Below are positions 1 through 9,064 of a stretch of 64,000 bases of DNA, in pieces (position 1 is the first letter of the stretch; each line of letters opens with the position of its first letter). The stretch is from NCBI GenBank assembly GCA_038153405.1, contig JAYOYH010000012.1, positions 11,021-75,020 on the forward strand, written 5' to 3'. This DNA comes from Gemmatimonadota bacterium. GTDB lineage: Bacteria; Latescibacterota; UBA2968; UBA8231. Below the pieces are notes generated by a model. The model searched no databases. It was not told the DNA's origin and was given only the letters and a program-made list of their open reading frames with translations. The translations under genes and the position numbers were made by a program.

Positions 1-80
1 ATGGCCGGCGAGCCAAAGCGCAGCTGTATGCCCAGCGCTGGCTCGCCGTTTTGCAAGCGCGTCTTGAGTCGATTCTGCAC
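1..80 (-). CDS. HpcH/HpaI aldolase family protein, N-terminal fragment (runs off window edge)
   Basis: Manual translation from GTG at 80 with GGAG RBS: MQNRLKTRLQNGEPALGIQLRFGSPA, typical HpcH/GarL N-terminus; not in the ORF track. Confidence 0.6.
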   Translation of the reverse strand, partial: MQNRLKTRLQNGEPALGIQLRFGSPA

Positions 81-131
81 GGTGAACTCCGAGTGAAAAC
101 GGTGCAACTGCGCGAGGCGTGGACTGGCGTT

Positions 132-977
132 CTAAGCGTCGGCGGTAGCCCAACAGCCCTCGCTGTAGGGCGCGCGTTGAAAGAGCTTTTGCCGATACGG
201 GCTAGCGCCCTCTAACCACGCCGGCGGGATCGCCTGCGTGTAGCGGTGCGGCGGACCCGCTTCCTTAAAGATATCGATATTAAAGATGCGATGGGCCTGG
301 GGCGAATCGGCCGGTTTGGCCTCGACGGCGTGGAATATGCGCGCGTTGATATAGACCATGCTGCCCGGCGGCGCCTCCAGCCGCACTTCGCTCAGCGGGC
401 GACCCGCCTCTTCGTCATAGTCGCCGGCCAGCATTTTTTCCGGCGTGATTTGCTTGGAAGGAGCCAGGCGATGGCTGCCGGGAATTACGCTGAGATTGCG
501 GTCGCCGCGGTTAAACCCGTTGGGATAGTAGAGAATCTGAATGTAGTACTTATCGCGCTCGGCCAAATTGACGGGGTGGGTGTGATTCCAGTGGTGGTGA
601 TCCTGGTGGTAGGGAATCGAACCGATGCCGCGCGGCGCTAAATTGAGCGCCGAATGGCAAAAGTGATAGTCGGAACCAATGGTTGCCCGCAGTAGCGATT
701 CAATAAAGGGGTCATCGATGAGGCGGTGGCCAACGGGGCCGCGCTCGTCCCACGGTCGAACGAAATAGGCCTGCGGTTCGGCATGTGCACAATCCAAGTA
801 TTCGCGCACTGCGCTGCTGTGCAGGATCTCGTCGACTAACGCCTGCCGCGCCGCGTCCCGCAGGACGTCGGGAAAGAAGATATAGCCGTCGCGGTGGAAT
901 GTTTCGACGTCAGTCGCCGTGGGCCGTTCGATGCGAAAGAGCGAATCCACTTGGGGAACGTTGCTCGTCGTCGGCAA
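132..977 (-). CDS. Phytanoyl-CoA dioxygenase (PhyH) family Fe(II)/2OG oxygenase
   Basis: FHRDGY start motif, HQD and distal H (IFHAV) facial triad, VIPGSH motif. Confidence 0.85.
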   Translation of the reverse strand: MPTTSNVPQVDSLFRIERPTATDVETFHRDGYIFFPDVLRDAARQALVDEILHSSAVREYLDCAHAEPQAYFVRPWDERGPVGHRLIDDPFIESLLRATIGSDYHFCHSALNLAPRGIGSIPYHQDHHHWNHTHPVNLAERDKYYIQILYYPNGFNRGDRNLSVIPGSHRLAPSKQITPEKMLAGDYDEEAGRPLSEVRLEAPPGSMVYINARIFHAVEAKPADSPQAHRIFNIDIFKEAGPPHRYTQAIPPAWLEGASPYRQKLFQRAPYSEGCWATADA

Positions 978-981
978 GATG

Positions 982-2094
982 CTATTTGGGCGGTGGACCG
1001 AGGTGGGTGCAGGCGACGCTCACCTTTTTCAGCGCGATGAAGCCCGACTTGTCGTCCTCGTAGAGGCCGGCTGCCAGCAGCGCGTCGTAGATGCCATCTA
1101 CCGCACCCTGTCCGACGATCAACTCGGCCGTCTCGCGCGCCGGCGAAATCGCCCCCAGTTCACCGTCAAAGCGCGCATAGCTCTGCTTGGAAATCGTCGC
1201 GCCGGCCGCGCCGGATGCCATCGCCGCAATCACCAGGTCGCTGGCGTGCCCTTCGTTGCAGACCAGTATCATGCACACCAAATCGTTCAGGTAGCGATAG
1301 CCCTGACTCTCCTCGCTCAGCGCGCGCCGACGCCAGTCGGAAGACCCCTGCATATGGTCGACGGCAGCAATGAGTTGCTCCATGCTAGCCGAATGCTGCT
1401 GGCCGCGCACGACCATATTGTTGATTATACCGCGCGTGCCGGGCGACTCGTATATGAAGCCGGAGCCGATCTCATTGATGCGCCCGGCCGTTATCAGCGA
1501 GGCGAAGATTTCGTCCGACTCCTGCTGAGAGACGGTGACGTGGACGATTTCCTTGGCCGCCGGCACCGTAATGCGAATCAGGCTGAGTTTGTCGCGCAGG
1601 CCGGTGCCCTCGCCGGTGGTCACCTGCGGCATCGGCACGCCTAAGTCGAGCGACGAGCGCGCAATGTGGTTGCCGCGATCCTGCTGGACAGTGCAGACAA
1701 TGCTCGACAGATCGTCGCGCAGTGGCACCGGATTGGCGCCGCCAAACGGCGCGACCTGCGGCGGCGCCCAGACCGACTCCTCGGCAATGTCGACTAAGTC
1801 GCAGACCGCACTGCCGCGGCCCGGAATCTGCAACCCGCAGGCGGAGATCACCGCCTGCAGTGCGTCTTCCGCCGAGTCCACCGGCACGTAGAACACGAGG
1901 CGCGTGGCCGGCTCTCCTTCCAGCACTAAGCCGGCGCCAATTCCCCAAAATCCCTCGCGGCGGCGCAGGACCGTGGCACGACTAGGCTGGGAGTGGTACT
2001 CCTTCACGCCGATAGCTTGCAGCGTGGCCAACGCGCGGTCGGCAACGGAGTTATAGATCGTACAGGTTAGCTTTGCTGCACTCTTTTTTTCCAT
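982..2094 (-). CDS. Protein of three tandem PII-like (GlnB-fold) domains
   Basis: Three ~100-aa repeats with PII-like motifs (GEGTG, KEIV, PGRG / IGSGFIY / KSGFIA, AMASGAAGAT); directly downstream of DUF1538 gene. Confidence 0.65.
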   Translation of the reverse strand: MEKKSAAKLTCTIYNSVADRALATLQAIGVKEYHSQPSRATVLRRREGFWGIGAGLVLEGEPATRLVFYVPVDSAEDALQAVISACGLQIPGRGSAVCDLVDIAEESVWAPPQVAPFGGANPVPLRDDLSSIVCTVQQDRGNHIARSSLDLGVPMPQVTTGEGTGLRDKLSLIRITVPAAKEIVHVTVSQQESDEIFASLITAGRINEIGSGFIYESPGTRGIINNMVVRGQQHSASMEQLIAAVDHMQGSSDWRRRALSEESQGYRYLNDLVCMILVCNEGHASDLVIAAMASGAAGATISKQSYARFDGELGAISPARETAELIVGQGAVDGIYDALLAAGLYEDDKSGFIALKKVSVACTHLGPPPK

Positions 2095-2103
2095 GACCTT
2101 CTC

Positions 2104-4197
2104 CTAGGCCGCCGTAGCTTCCAGTTCTGCTTTGCGCCGCGCCGTCACATACATACCAACCAGCAGCACCGATAAAATCGGACAGACCGAAGCCAGCGAC
2201 AAAATCCCAAATCCCTCGATGCTACCCACCTGTGCGCTGATACCCAACCCCATAGCTAACACCAACGGCACGGTAACTGGCCCCGTCGTCACGCCGGCGC
2301 TATCCCAGCCGATGTTGACAAATTCCTCGTTCGACATGACCGTCAGCACCATGAGCAAGATATAGGGCGGAACGAGCATCCATATGAGCGGCCAATTGTA
2401 AATGATCTTGGCCACGCCTAGGGAAATGCCGACGCCGACGCCGATGGCCACCGCCTGCATCAGCAACTGCTTTTTAAAGGTCCCGACCGTCAGCTGTTCT
2501 ACCGTCGTTCCCAGCGCGTTGAGCGCCGGCTCGGCCAGCGTGGCGCTATAGCCCATCATAAAGGCGAAGAGTATGACTACGACTACGCCGAGAATGCCCT
2601 TAAAGAGCGGCCCGCGTATCGGCGTATACGAATACTGCTGCGTGCGCGCGTCGAAGTTTTCGCTGTGGTAGGGCAGCAAGTCGTATCCCTCTTCCGTCTT
2701 GCGCGAGAAGATGGCCTGCACATCGCCCTCGTTGGTGATCGACTTGGTGACGATAGACGGATCGAAGTTGCGAATAACCTCGTGCTGCTGCGTCATTTCG
2801 ACGGCCTTGAACGAAGTCGGCAGATTCGTGCCGATTTCGCTGCCTAGCCTCGACAGGCCCAACTCGATGCCAATGCTAAACAAGCTCATGCCGACCACGG
2901 CAAAGAAGATACCCAGCACGAGTTCGTCGGCGCGGCGAATGCGCTCGCGCAGCACAGCGACCAACACGAGGAGCAGAAAGAGGCTGAGCGGAACAATGGC
3001 CTGTATAGCGCCAAACCCGTTGCGCTCTAGTAAATCGGGCAGGTCGAGTGTGTCGCCCCTGCGGGCGTAGAGGGCTTCGGACTGCGCGCGAACCGCCTCC
3101 TCCGAGCCGTATACGGCCAGACGCTGGGCATTGGTGCCGCTGCTGAGCAACCAGCGGGCAAAGTCGTCGGCGCCGCCGAAAATAGTCTCCTGCGCCGCGC
3201 CGTCTTTTGACAGCGCGACGATATAGGCATCCAGCGCTGCAGTATCGCCGTTGAAAAAGGCCTCGCGCGCCATGGAGCTACCGTTGCGCATAACGTATCC
3301 CTTAAACTCTTCCTCGCTCTCAAAGAGCGATACGGCCTGCGCGCGCTGCTGTGCGCTGCAAAATTCCACGTCGGTGGATGGATCCGGCACGGACGACAGA
3401 AAGTAGAGGCCCAACCCCAAGACGGCCAAGATAGGGAAGGCAGACGCTAGCGTAACCACGCCAAAGCCGCCCGCTGCGCCGCCGCCGCTGCCGCTAGACG
3501 CCGCGCGCGAGATGCCGATGCCCAGCGCCAAGACCAGCGGCACGGTGACTGGTCCGGTTGTGACGGCCCCGCAGTCCCAGGCCAGACCGGTCAAATGCAC
3601 CAGGTTGGGATCGAAATAGGCCCAAATGGAAATTGAGCCACCAACGGCGTACAGCACGTAGACAAAGGGCTTTAACGACCAGCCGTAGAGAAAGCGCAGC
3701 ATGCCGAAGAGCACGGCAATCCCCACGCCAACACCCACCGACCACACCAGCGCACCGGAGTATTTGTTGAGCAGCAGAAAGAGCAGCGGTGCATCCCAAG
3801 CGCGCACCGACGATCCGGCCGACTTCAGCACGCCAATCGCTGGCTCGGCAAAGGTCGCACCTATACCAAGTATAAAGGCAAAGATCAAGATGACGGGCAG
3901 CACCGTTTTTTGCGGCAGCCTTATGCCGCAAATCTCCCCCAGCGGCATGAGACCAAAGAACAAGCCCTCCATGAAGAAGGCCAGGCCCAGCACCACCACG
4001 CCAATGCCCAGCGCAACGACGAGCGCATTGGAGATGGGAATGCTGAGGACGATGAGCTGGAATAAGACTAGGTAGGCTACGATCAGCGACACCGTCTTGA
4101 TCTGCTCAACGACCTTCAACTTAGCGTAGGGGCCGATCATTTTCAGCGCTTGGCCAAACGACACGCTGACGCGTCCAGACGTTTGCTGTGAAGGCAT
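2104..4197 (-). CDS. DUF1538 family membrane protein, two fused DUF1538 halves
   Basis: Two copies of AT(F/L)AEPA and WD(C/S)xxVTTGPVTVPLVLA(L/M)G(I/L)G...GFG(V/I) motifs, many TM segments; start set at MPSQQ (4197), ORF track begins at 4239. Confidence 0.85.
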   Translation of the reverse strand: MPSQQTSGRVSVSFGQALKMIGPYAKLKVVEQIKTVSLIVAYLVLFQLIVLSIPISNALVVALGIGVVVLGLAFFMEGLFFGLMPLGEICGIRLPQKTVLPVILIFAFILGIGATFAEPAIGVLKSAGSSVRAWDAPLLFLLLNKYSGALVWSVGVGVGIAVLFGMLRFLYGWSLKPFVYVLYAVGGSISIWAYFDPNLVHLTGLAWDCGAVTTGPVTVPLVLALGIGISRAASSGSGGGAAGGFGVVTLASAFPILAVLGLGLYFLSSVPDPSTDVEFCSAQQRAQAVSLFESEEEFKGYVMRNGSSMAREAFFNGDTAALDAYIVALSKDGAAQETIFGGADDFARWLLSSGTNAQRLAVYGSEEAVRAQSEALYARRGDTLDLPDLLERNGFGAIQAIVPLSLFLLLVLVAVLRERIRRADELVLGIFFAVVGMSLFSIGIELGLSRLGSEIGTNLPTSFKAVEMTQQHEVIRNFDPSIVTKSITNEGDVQAIFSRKTEEGYDLLPYHSENFDARTQQYSYTPIRGPLFKGILGVVVVILFAFMMGYSATLAEPALNALGTTVEQLTVGTFKKQLLMQAVAIGVGVGISLGVAKIIYNWPLIWMLVPPYILLMVLTVMSNEEFVNIGWDSAGVTTGPVTVPLVLAMGLGISAQVGSIEGFGILSLASVCPILSVLLVGMYVTARRKAELEATAA

Positions 4198-4575
4198 AAG
4201 GCGATCTCGTACTTTCGGAATGCACTCGGGCACTCGCATAATACAACGGGCTAATTAGGTCCTAAAGTAATTGTTTTTAAACTGCATGCATAGGATAAAA
4301 AACAGCGCGTTGATCGCACTCATCGCATCCCGTTGCCACGGCGCCGACTCCATTATCACGAGATGTGGCCAATGGTCCTGCCGGGGCTAGGGGCGCTTTA
4401 GATCGCGCTGCAGACCATTTTTCACTCGACCGCGCAGCGCGCGCAGACTCTGATTTCCGACAAACCGGAGATCCCACAAGCGAGCGAAGCAGTTGCCAAA
4501 GAGCGCTGCGCACCGAAGTGGGAACGCTTCCATATTCAACGTGCATTGGGATAACCAGTCTAAACGCCATGCGCC

Positions 4576-5832
4576 CTACGCGGCGACCACCGGCACTTCG
4601 TCCCAGCGCGTCGTATAGCGCGGCGAGCGGCTGAACTGGCGCATACGCCAACCCTGATCCAACCCCTCGCGGGCGTGCTTGAGCGCGTCGTTTCCCCACT
4701 CGGCCGTCACTCGATCCAACGCAACCATCAGCGCCTCTTTGCCGCCGTCGTAATGGGCGTCGGTAAAGAGGTTGACCTGCTGCGCGTTCCGCGGCGACAG
4801 TTCCGTCAACATGATCCCGCAGCGCCGGTAGGCGTAATTGGGCCGATAGAGCTGCCGCATGCACTGGCTGGCCCAGCCAATAAGTTCGCCCGTGTGGGCC
4901 GTCGCCCAGGGCAGCGCGCGGAAGATAGAGTTGGCATAGGCGTATTCGTCGTAGCGACTCGTGGCCAGCGACACGCGCATAGCCCCGGCGATGCTGCCCT
5001 GTTTGCGCAGCGCGCGCGCGGCAGCAGCAGTATAGGCAGCGAGCGGTTCGAGTACTTCTTCCAAGTCGACGATCGCCCGCCCGAACTGCCGCGCACGTGC
5101 GATGGCTTTCTTGGGTGGCGGCTGCTCTTCCAGCGCAAAGCAGGGCGTGCCGCGCAGTTCCAACACAGTGCGCAATCCCATGACCGTCATGCGTTGCCGT
5201 GCCCACTGCTCGTCAACCTGGCTCAACTGCCATGCGTTGGCAATGCCATGCGATGACAGCATGCGCCCATGGCGGGGGCCGATGCCCCAGACGTCGCCCA
5301 CTGCCACGTCGCTCAGCACGCGGCCCATATCGGTGTGCCCAACTAGGCTGTAGACACCGGTGCCGCGCTTGGCGATGCGGTTGGCCACCTTGGCCAGCGT
5401 CTTCGTCGCCCCCACGCCGACTGACACGGTCAACCCGGTCCACTGACGCACGGTCTGGCGCATCGCCTCGCCCAGTCCAGCCAGCCCAAGCCCGCCGTCG
5501 CGCAGTCGCAAAAAGGCCTCGTCGATGGAGTAGACCTCCACTTCATCGGTAAATGTGCGCAGCGTGTCCATTACGCGGCGCGACATATCGCCGTATAGCG
5601 CGTAGTTAGAGGAAAAGGCCAGGCCACCGCGGCGTTCAAAGGCGTGGCGAATCTTGAAGTAGGGATCGCCCATTTCAATGCCCAGCGCCTTAGCCTCTGA
5701 CGACCGCGCCACAACGCAACCGTCGTTGTTACTCAACACCACTATGGGACGCTCCCTGAGATTGGGCCGGAAAACCTGTTCGCAGGAAGCGTAGAAATTG
5801 TTGCAGTCCACCAGCGCGAAGATACCGTTCAT
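4576..5832 (-). CDS. umuC: Y-family DNA polymerase V subunit UmuC
   Basis: ALVDCNNFYASCE, VLSNNDGC, SSNYALYGDMS, YSIDEAF, C-terminal WRMRQ..SPRYTTRW. Confidence 0.95.
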   Translation of the reverse strand: MNGIFALVDCNNFYASCEQVFRPNLRERPIVVLSNNDGCVVARSSEAKALGIEMGDPYFKIRHAFERRGGLAFSSNYALYGDMSRRVMDTLRTFTDEVEVYSIDEAFLRLRDGGLGLAGLGEAMRQTVRQWTGLTVSVGVGATKTLAKVANRIAKRGTGVYSLVGHTDMGRVLSDVAVGDVWGIGPRHGRMLSSHGIANAWQLSQVDEQWARQRMTVMGLRTVLELRGTPCFALEEQPPPKKAIARARQFGRAIVDLEEVLEPLAAYTAAAARALRKQGSIAGAMRVSLATSRYDEYAYANSIFRALPWATAHTGELIGWASQCMRQLYRPNYAYRRCGIMLTELSPRNAQQVNLFTDAHYDGGKEALMVALDRVTAEWGNDALKHAREGLDQGWRMRQFSRSPRYTTRWDEVPVVAA

Positions 5833-6293
5833 TTCACTTGGTGAATGACGTAGGTGACGACGCCCCAGACTTCGAATTCCATCCCTTCGCGGAGCGCGAT
5901 GTCCGGCATGCGCTCGTTCTCCGATGCCAGCAAGATGGCACCCTCCCTTTTGCGCATGCGCTTGACGGTAAACTCGCCGTCTAACACAGCGACGACGACG
6001 GATCCATCCGCCGGTCTTTCCGCCCTATCCACCACCAGCGTATCGCCCGGATGGATACCGGCGCCGATCATCGACTCGCCCTCTACGCGCACGAAGAACG
6101 TGGCCGCTGGATGGCGAATGATCAGGTCGTTGAGATCGAGGCCATCGTCGAGGTAGTCGTTGGCCGGCGAGGGAAAGCCCGCCGCAATGCGGCAGGCAAA
6201 GAAGGGAACCGGCGTGCGCGACCGGAGGGCATAGGGTGCGATGCATGCGCCGCCGACGGCGCGGACATCGGTAAAGCGGGAGTGGGCGTTCAT
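5829..6293 (-). CDS. umuD: UmuD (S24 peptidase) subunit of Pol V
   Basis: AGFPSPA cleavage site, GESM serine, EFTVK lysine, VWGVV; 4-nt overlap with umuC; start set at MNAHS (6293). Confidence 0.92.
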   Translation of the reverse strand: MNAHSRFTDVRAVGGACIAPYALRSRTPVPFFACRIAAGFPSPANDYLDDGLDLNDLIIRHPAATFFVRVEGESMIGAGIHPGDTLVVDRAERPADGSVVVAVLDGEFTVKRMRKREGAILLASENERMPDIALREGMEFEVWGVVTYVIHQVK

Positions 6294-6319
6294 GTAGTTG
6301 CCTTTGCGTGCCAGTGTGG

Positions 6320-6357
6320 TCCATCTGATACTATACAAATGTATAGTATCAGATGGA
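6320..6357. promoter_or_regulatory. Perfect palindromic operator (18-bp arms) overlapping the umuD promoter
   Basis: TCCATCTGATACTATACA-AA-TGTATAGTATCAGATGGA; TTGACA on the minus strand at 6368-6363 just upstream. Confidence 0.7.
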
Positions 6358-6482
6358 GAAACTGTCAACGGCTGCACTTCGCAATCCGGATAGGCGCCCA
6401 TTGCTCCCAACGACATCGCCCACGCCGGTTGCGCGCAGCGCGCGCGCGCCGTTCTTTGGTGGACCACAGCGAAAGGGAACCG

Positions 6483-7319
6483 TTGCTACAACACACGTTC
6501 TGTCACGCGCCCGGTCTGGGGCCACAAAACGAACGCCTGCTCTGGGATAGGGGCTTGCACACCTGGCGCGACGTGCTCTGGGCGGAAAAGGTGCCGCTCA
6601 CGCCGCAAAAAGCAGATGCGCTGATCGACACGGCGCGGCGCTCGACGCACCATCTGAGCGAGCGCAATCCACATTTCTTTTACGAGAGCCTGCCGGCGCG
6701 CGAGCACTGGCGTATGTTTGGCGAATTCCGCGGCGATACGGCATATTTTGATATCGAGACCACGGGCCTGGGCAACCCGGACGACCACATTACGACCATT
6801 GTCCTATACGATGGACGTCAGCTGCGCCACTACGTCCACGGAATCAATATGGACGCGTTTCCCGGCGACGTAGCGCGCTACAAAGTGCTCGTCAGCTATA
6901 ACGGCAAGAGCTTTGACGCGCCCTTTGTGCGCCGCTGTTTGGGCGCCCCGCTGGACCAACCCCATATCGATCTGCGCTACGTGCTCAGCAGCTTGGGGCT
7001 CAAGGGCGGTCTGAAAGGCTGCGAGCGCCAGCTCGGCATCGACCGCTGCGGCCTAGAAGATATCGACGGCTTCTTCGCCGTTATCCTGTGGAACGAGTAC
7101 TGGCGGCGCGGCGATGAAAAGGCCCTGCACACGCTGCTGGCCTATAATGCCCTTGACGTCATCAACTTGGAGACGCTGATGGTCATCGCCTACAATCAAA
7201 AGCTGGCTGCCACGCCTTTTGCCGAAAGAGTCCTTCCGGCACCAGCACCACAGCCGCTGCCCTTTGCTGCTGACCGGCCGACGATTCGCCGCCTCAAACT
7301 GCAGTACGGCATGGAATAA
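6483..7319 (+). CDS. RNase_H_2 / YprB(MrfB)-like DEDD exonuclease with N-terminal HhH-like segment
   Basis: YFDIETTGL, SYNGKSFDAP, HIDL, GGLK..ER.LG, YNALDV motifs; TTG start at 6483 (MLQHTFCH). Confidence 0.85.
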   Translation: MLQHTFCHAPGLGPQNERLLWDRGLHTWRDVLWAEKVPLTPQKADALIDTARRSTHHLSERNPHFFYESLPAREHWRMFGEFRGDTAYFDIETTGLGNPDDHITTIVLYDGRQLRHYVHGINMDAFPGDVARYKVLVSYNGKSFDAPFVRRCLGAPLDQPHIDLRYVLSSLGLKGGLKGCERQLGIDRCGLEDIDGFFAVILWNEYWRRGDEKALHTLLAYNALDVINLETLMVIAYNQKLAATPFAERVLPAPAPQPLPFAADRPTIRRLKLQYGME

Positions 7320-7353
7320 AAAACGGCTCCAGGTGCTATTCCCGGAGCCGTTT
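7318..7353. terminator. Intrinsic terminator between convergent genes
   Basis: AAACGGCTCC / GGAGCCGTTT stem with flanking A-tract. Confidence 0.65.
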
Positions 7354-7385
7354 CCCATTGGAGGTTTGGTGCGTCTTGCCGGCGT

Positions 7386-8048
7386 TTACCAGCGACCGCG
7401 ACGCCCCGCGCGGTGGTAAAAAGCCTCGTCCTTCATCTCTTCCAATTCGCTGCGCTGCTCCTTGGTCAGCACCTTTTCAACAGCTTCGCGGTGCTTTTTG
7501 GTCAGCGCTTGCATCGCTTCGCGCTGCTTCTGGCGCAGCCCTCTAATCTGCTCCATCTGCTCATCGCTCAGGTTGAGCTGTGCAAAGGGCCTGTGCCCCA
7601 GGCCGCGGCGATCCCCGCCGCGACCGTGCATCGCCGGACCGCCCTTGCCGCGACCACCGCGGCCCCAACCGCGATCGTGCATTGCCGGACCACCCATGCC
7701 GCGACCACCGCGACCGTGCATCGCCGGACCACTCATGCCCCGTAGCTGCTCCATCTGCTCGCGCTGCTCGGCGGTCAAGACCTTTTCCACCTGCTCCCGA
7801 TGAGCGGCAAATAGCTGCTCCATCTTCTCTGGGCCGGGCCGCTCTCCGCTGGCGCGCAGCGCCTGCATTTCCTTGCGATGAGTTTCGCGCAGCTGCTTTA
7901 CCTGCATCTTTTGCTCGTCGCTCAATCCCAGTTCGTCCATCATTGCCTCACCGCGCAGCGCTCCGAACGGACCGCGCTGGGCGTCAGCCGTAGCGATCGT
8001 CGCTACACTCCAACCTGCCACCAGCAGGTAAATCCACTTCTTCTTCAC
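7386..8048 (-). CDS. Spy/CpxP-like periplasmic protein (LTxxQ motifs)
   Basis: Signal peptide (MKKKWIYLL..ADA), LGLSDEQ, VLTAEQ, LNLSDEQ, VLTKEQ motifs. Confidence 0.8.
   Translation of the reverse strand: MKKKWIYLLVAGWSVATIATADAQRGPFGALRGEAMMDELGLSDEQKMQVKQLRETHRKEMQALRASGERPGPEKMEQLFAAHREQVEKVLTAEQREQMEQLRGMSGPAMHGRGGRGMGGPAMHDRGWGRGGRGKGGPAMHGRGGDRRGLGHRPFAQLNLSDEQMEQIRGLRQKQREAMQALTKKHREAVEKVLTKEQRSELEEMKDEAFYHRAGRRGRW
7617..7740 (-). repeat. Intragenic imperfect tandem repeat encoding GPAMH(G/D)RG x3
   Basis: CGACCGTGCATCGCCGGACC occurs twice and a variant once; protein GPAMHGRGG / GPAMHDRGW / GPAMHGRGG. Confidence 0.85.
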
Positions 8049-8112
8049 TGCCTTATACCCCTCGTGTGATGTTATCGTTTGAGAACCGGCCGCGTTCTTG
8101 TTCATTCACCCA

Positions 8113-8143
8113 TTAGACACAAACAACACGGATATTCATTCCC
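8113..8143 (-). promoter_or_regulatory. Putative ECF sigma promoter of the Spy-like gene
   Basis: GGGAATG-N18-GTCTAA; same motif is found upstream of the ECF sigma gene. Confidence 0.65.
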
Positions 8144-8150
8144 GGCAAAT

Positions 8151-8185
8151 AAAAAAAACGGCGCGCTTGTGCGGGCCGTTTTTTT
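8151..8185. terminator. Intrinsic terminator after the ECF operon
   Basis: AAAAAAACGGC...GCCGTTTTTTT hairpin with A/T tracts on both sides. Confidence 0.75.
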
Positions 8186-8214
8186 ATGCGTTTACGCTGT
8201 CGCATGCATAGGTA

Positions 8215-8679
8215 CTATTGATCTCCGCGCGGCGGCCGTCGATCGCCTCGACCATCGCGCATACCGCGCGGCCGTCGATCGCCCCACCGACCCATCATTT
8301 CGCGAAAGCGCCGGTCGCGGTCTTCCAAGCGCACCCACTGCTCGGCATCTACGTGGGGCTTAAGTTCGGCGTATACCGAGTCGATCAGGCCTCGCATCGC
8401 ATCGCGATGCGAGGCCTCTAATTGCTTGAAACGCGGCATTGCCCCGTCTAAGATGGACCGCACGCGCTGGCGCTGACCCTCGTCACGCGGTTCGATAAGA
8501 CGCTCCGTATTGCGCGCAAAAAAATGTGGGTTGGGAATATGGCGCAGGCGTTGGCGCGTATACCATCCCATGCCCAGACTGCCTAGGACTATGCCCAACA
8601 GCAGCGTGCACAGCAGAATGAGCGCTCCTTTTCCCTTTGCGCCAAGTGCCACGCTATTGCTCCACCGCGTAGGCGACAT
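8215..8679 (-). CDS. Single-TM periplasmic helical accessory protein of the ECF operon
   Basis: N-terminal TM (LILLCTLLLGIVLG), helical C-part ending DAEQW..L; third gene of the sigma/anti-sigma operon; exact start uncertain. Confidence 0.6.
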   Translation of the reverse strand: MSPTRWSNSVALGAKGKGALILLCTLLLGIVLGSLGMGWYTRQRLRHIPNPHFFARNTERLIEPRDEGQRQRVRSILDGAMPRFKQLEASHRDAMRGLIDSVYAELKPHVDAEQWVRLEDRDRRFREMMGRWGDRRPRGMRDGRGDRRPPRGDQ

Positions 8680-9064
8680 CTAACGAGATGGGGTCTACGG
8701 CAAAAACGGCCTCGAGGATCGGTACTTCTTCTTCGGTGGACGCGTAGTCGCTCCAATTGCTGAACGCAATAAATAGGGCGACGAGGGCCGCCGTTGGAAC
8801 AAGAGGACGAAACAGCCACAGCAGACCGTCGGTTAAACTCTCGCTCTGTTTGGCGCGCAGGTGCTGAACGACGCGGGCGGCGAAAAAGGGCCGGAAGGAC
8901 TGGGGGCGTTCGGCCTGTAGAAGCCCCTGCACGCGTTGAAGGTCGCGCCATTCGGCGCACAGCGCACCGTCTTCCTCTAGGCGCTGGGCCAGCGAACTGG
9001 CCTCCGTTTCGCTCAGTTCACCTGTCAGTGCACGCATCATCATCGTGCGATCGTCACCGTTCAT
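8654..9064 (-). CDS. Putative transmembrane anti-sigma factor
   Basis: ALTGELSETE anti-sigma-like N-terminus, FAARVV, one TM; ATGA overlap with the sigma gene. Confidence 0.7.
   Translation of the reverse strand: MNGDDRTMMMRALTGELSETEASSLAQRLEEDGALCAEWRDLQRVQGLLQAERPQSFRPFFAARVVQHLRAKQSESLTDGLLWLFRPLVPTAALVALFIAFSNWSDYASTEEEVPILEAVFAVDPISLDVAYAVEQ

Noticed and set aside
4277-5206. 309-aa alternative-frame ORF over umuC
   Set aside because: Arg/Ala-rich off-frame translation overlapping a clear gene
4576-6293. umuDC as a marker of an ICE or prophage
   Set aside because: No integrase, transfer or phage genes, and no composition shift around it
6051-6482. N-terminal extensions of the exonuclease (+) and umuD (-) ORFs
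   Set aside because: They overlap each other and the promoter palindrome; family motifs start at 6483 and about 6293
7617-7740. Possible CRISPR-like repeat
   Set aside because: In-frame coding repeats with related spacers; no cas genes
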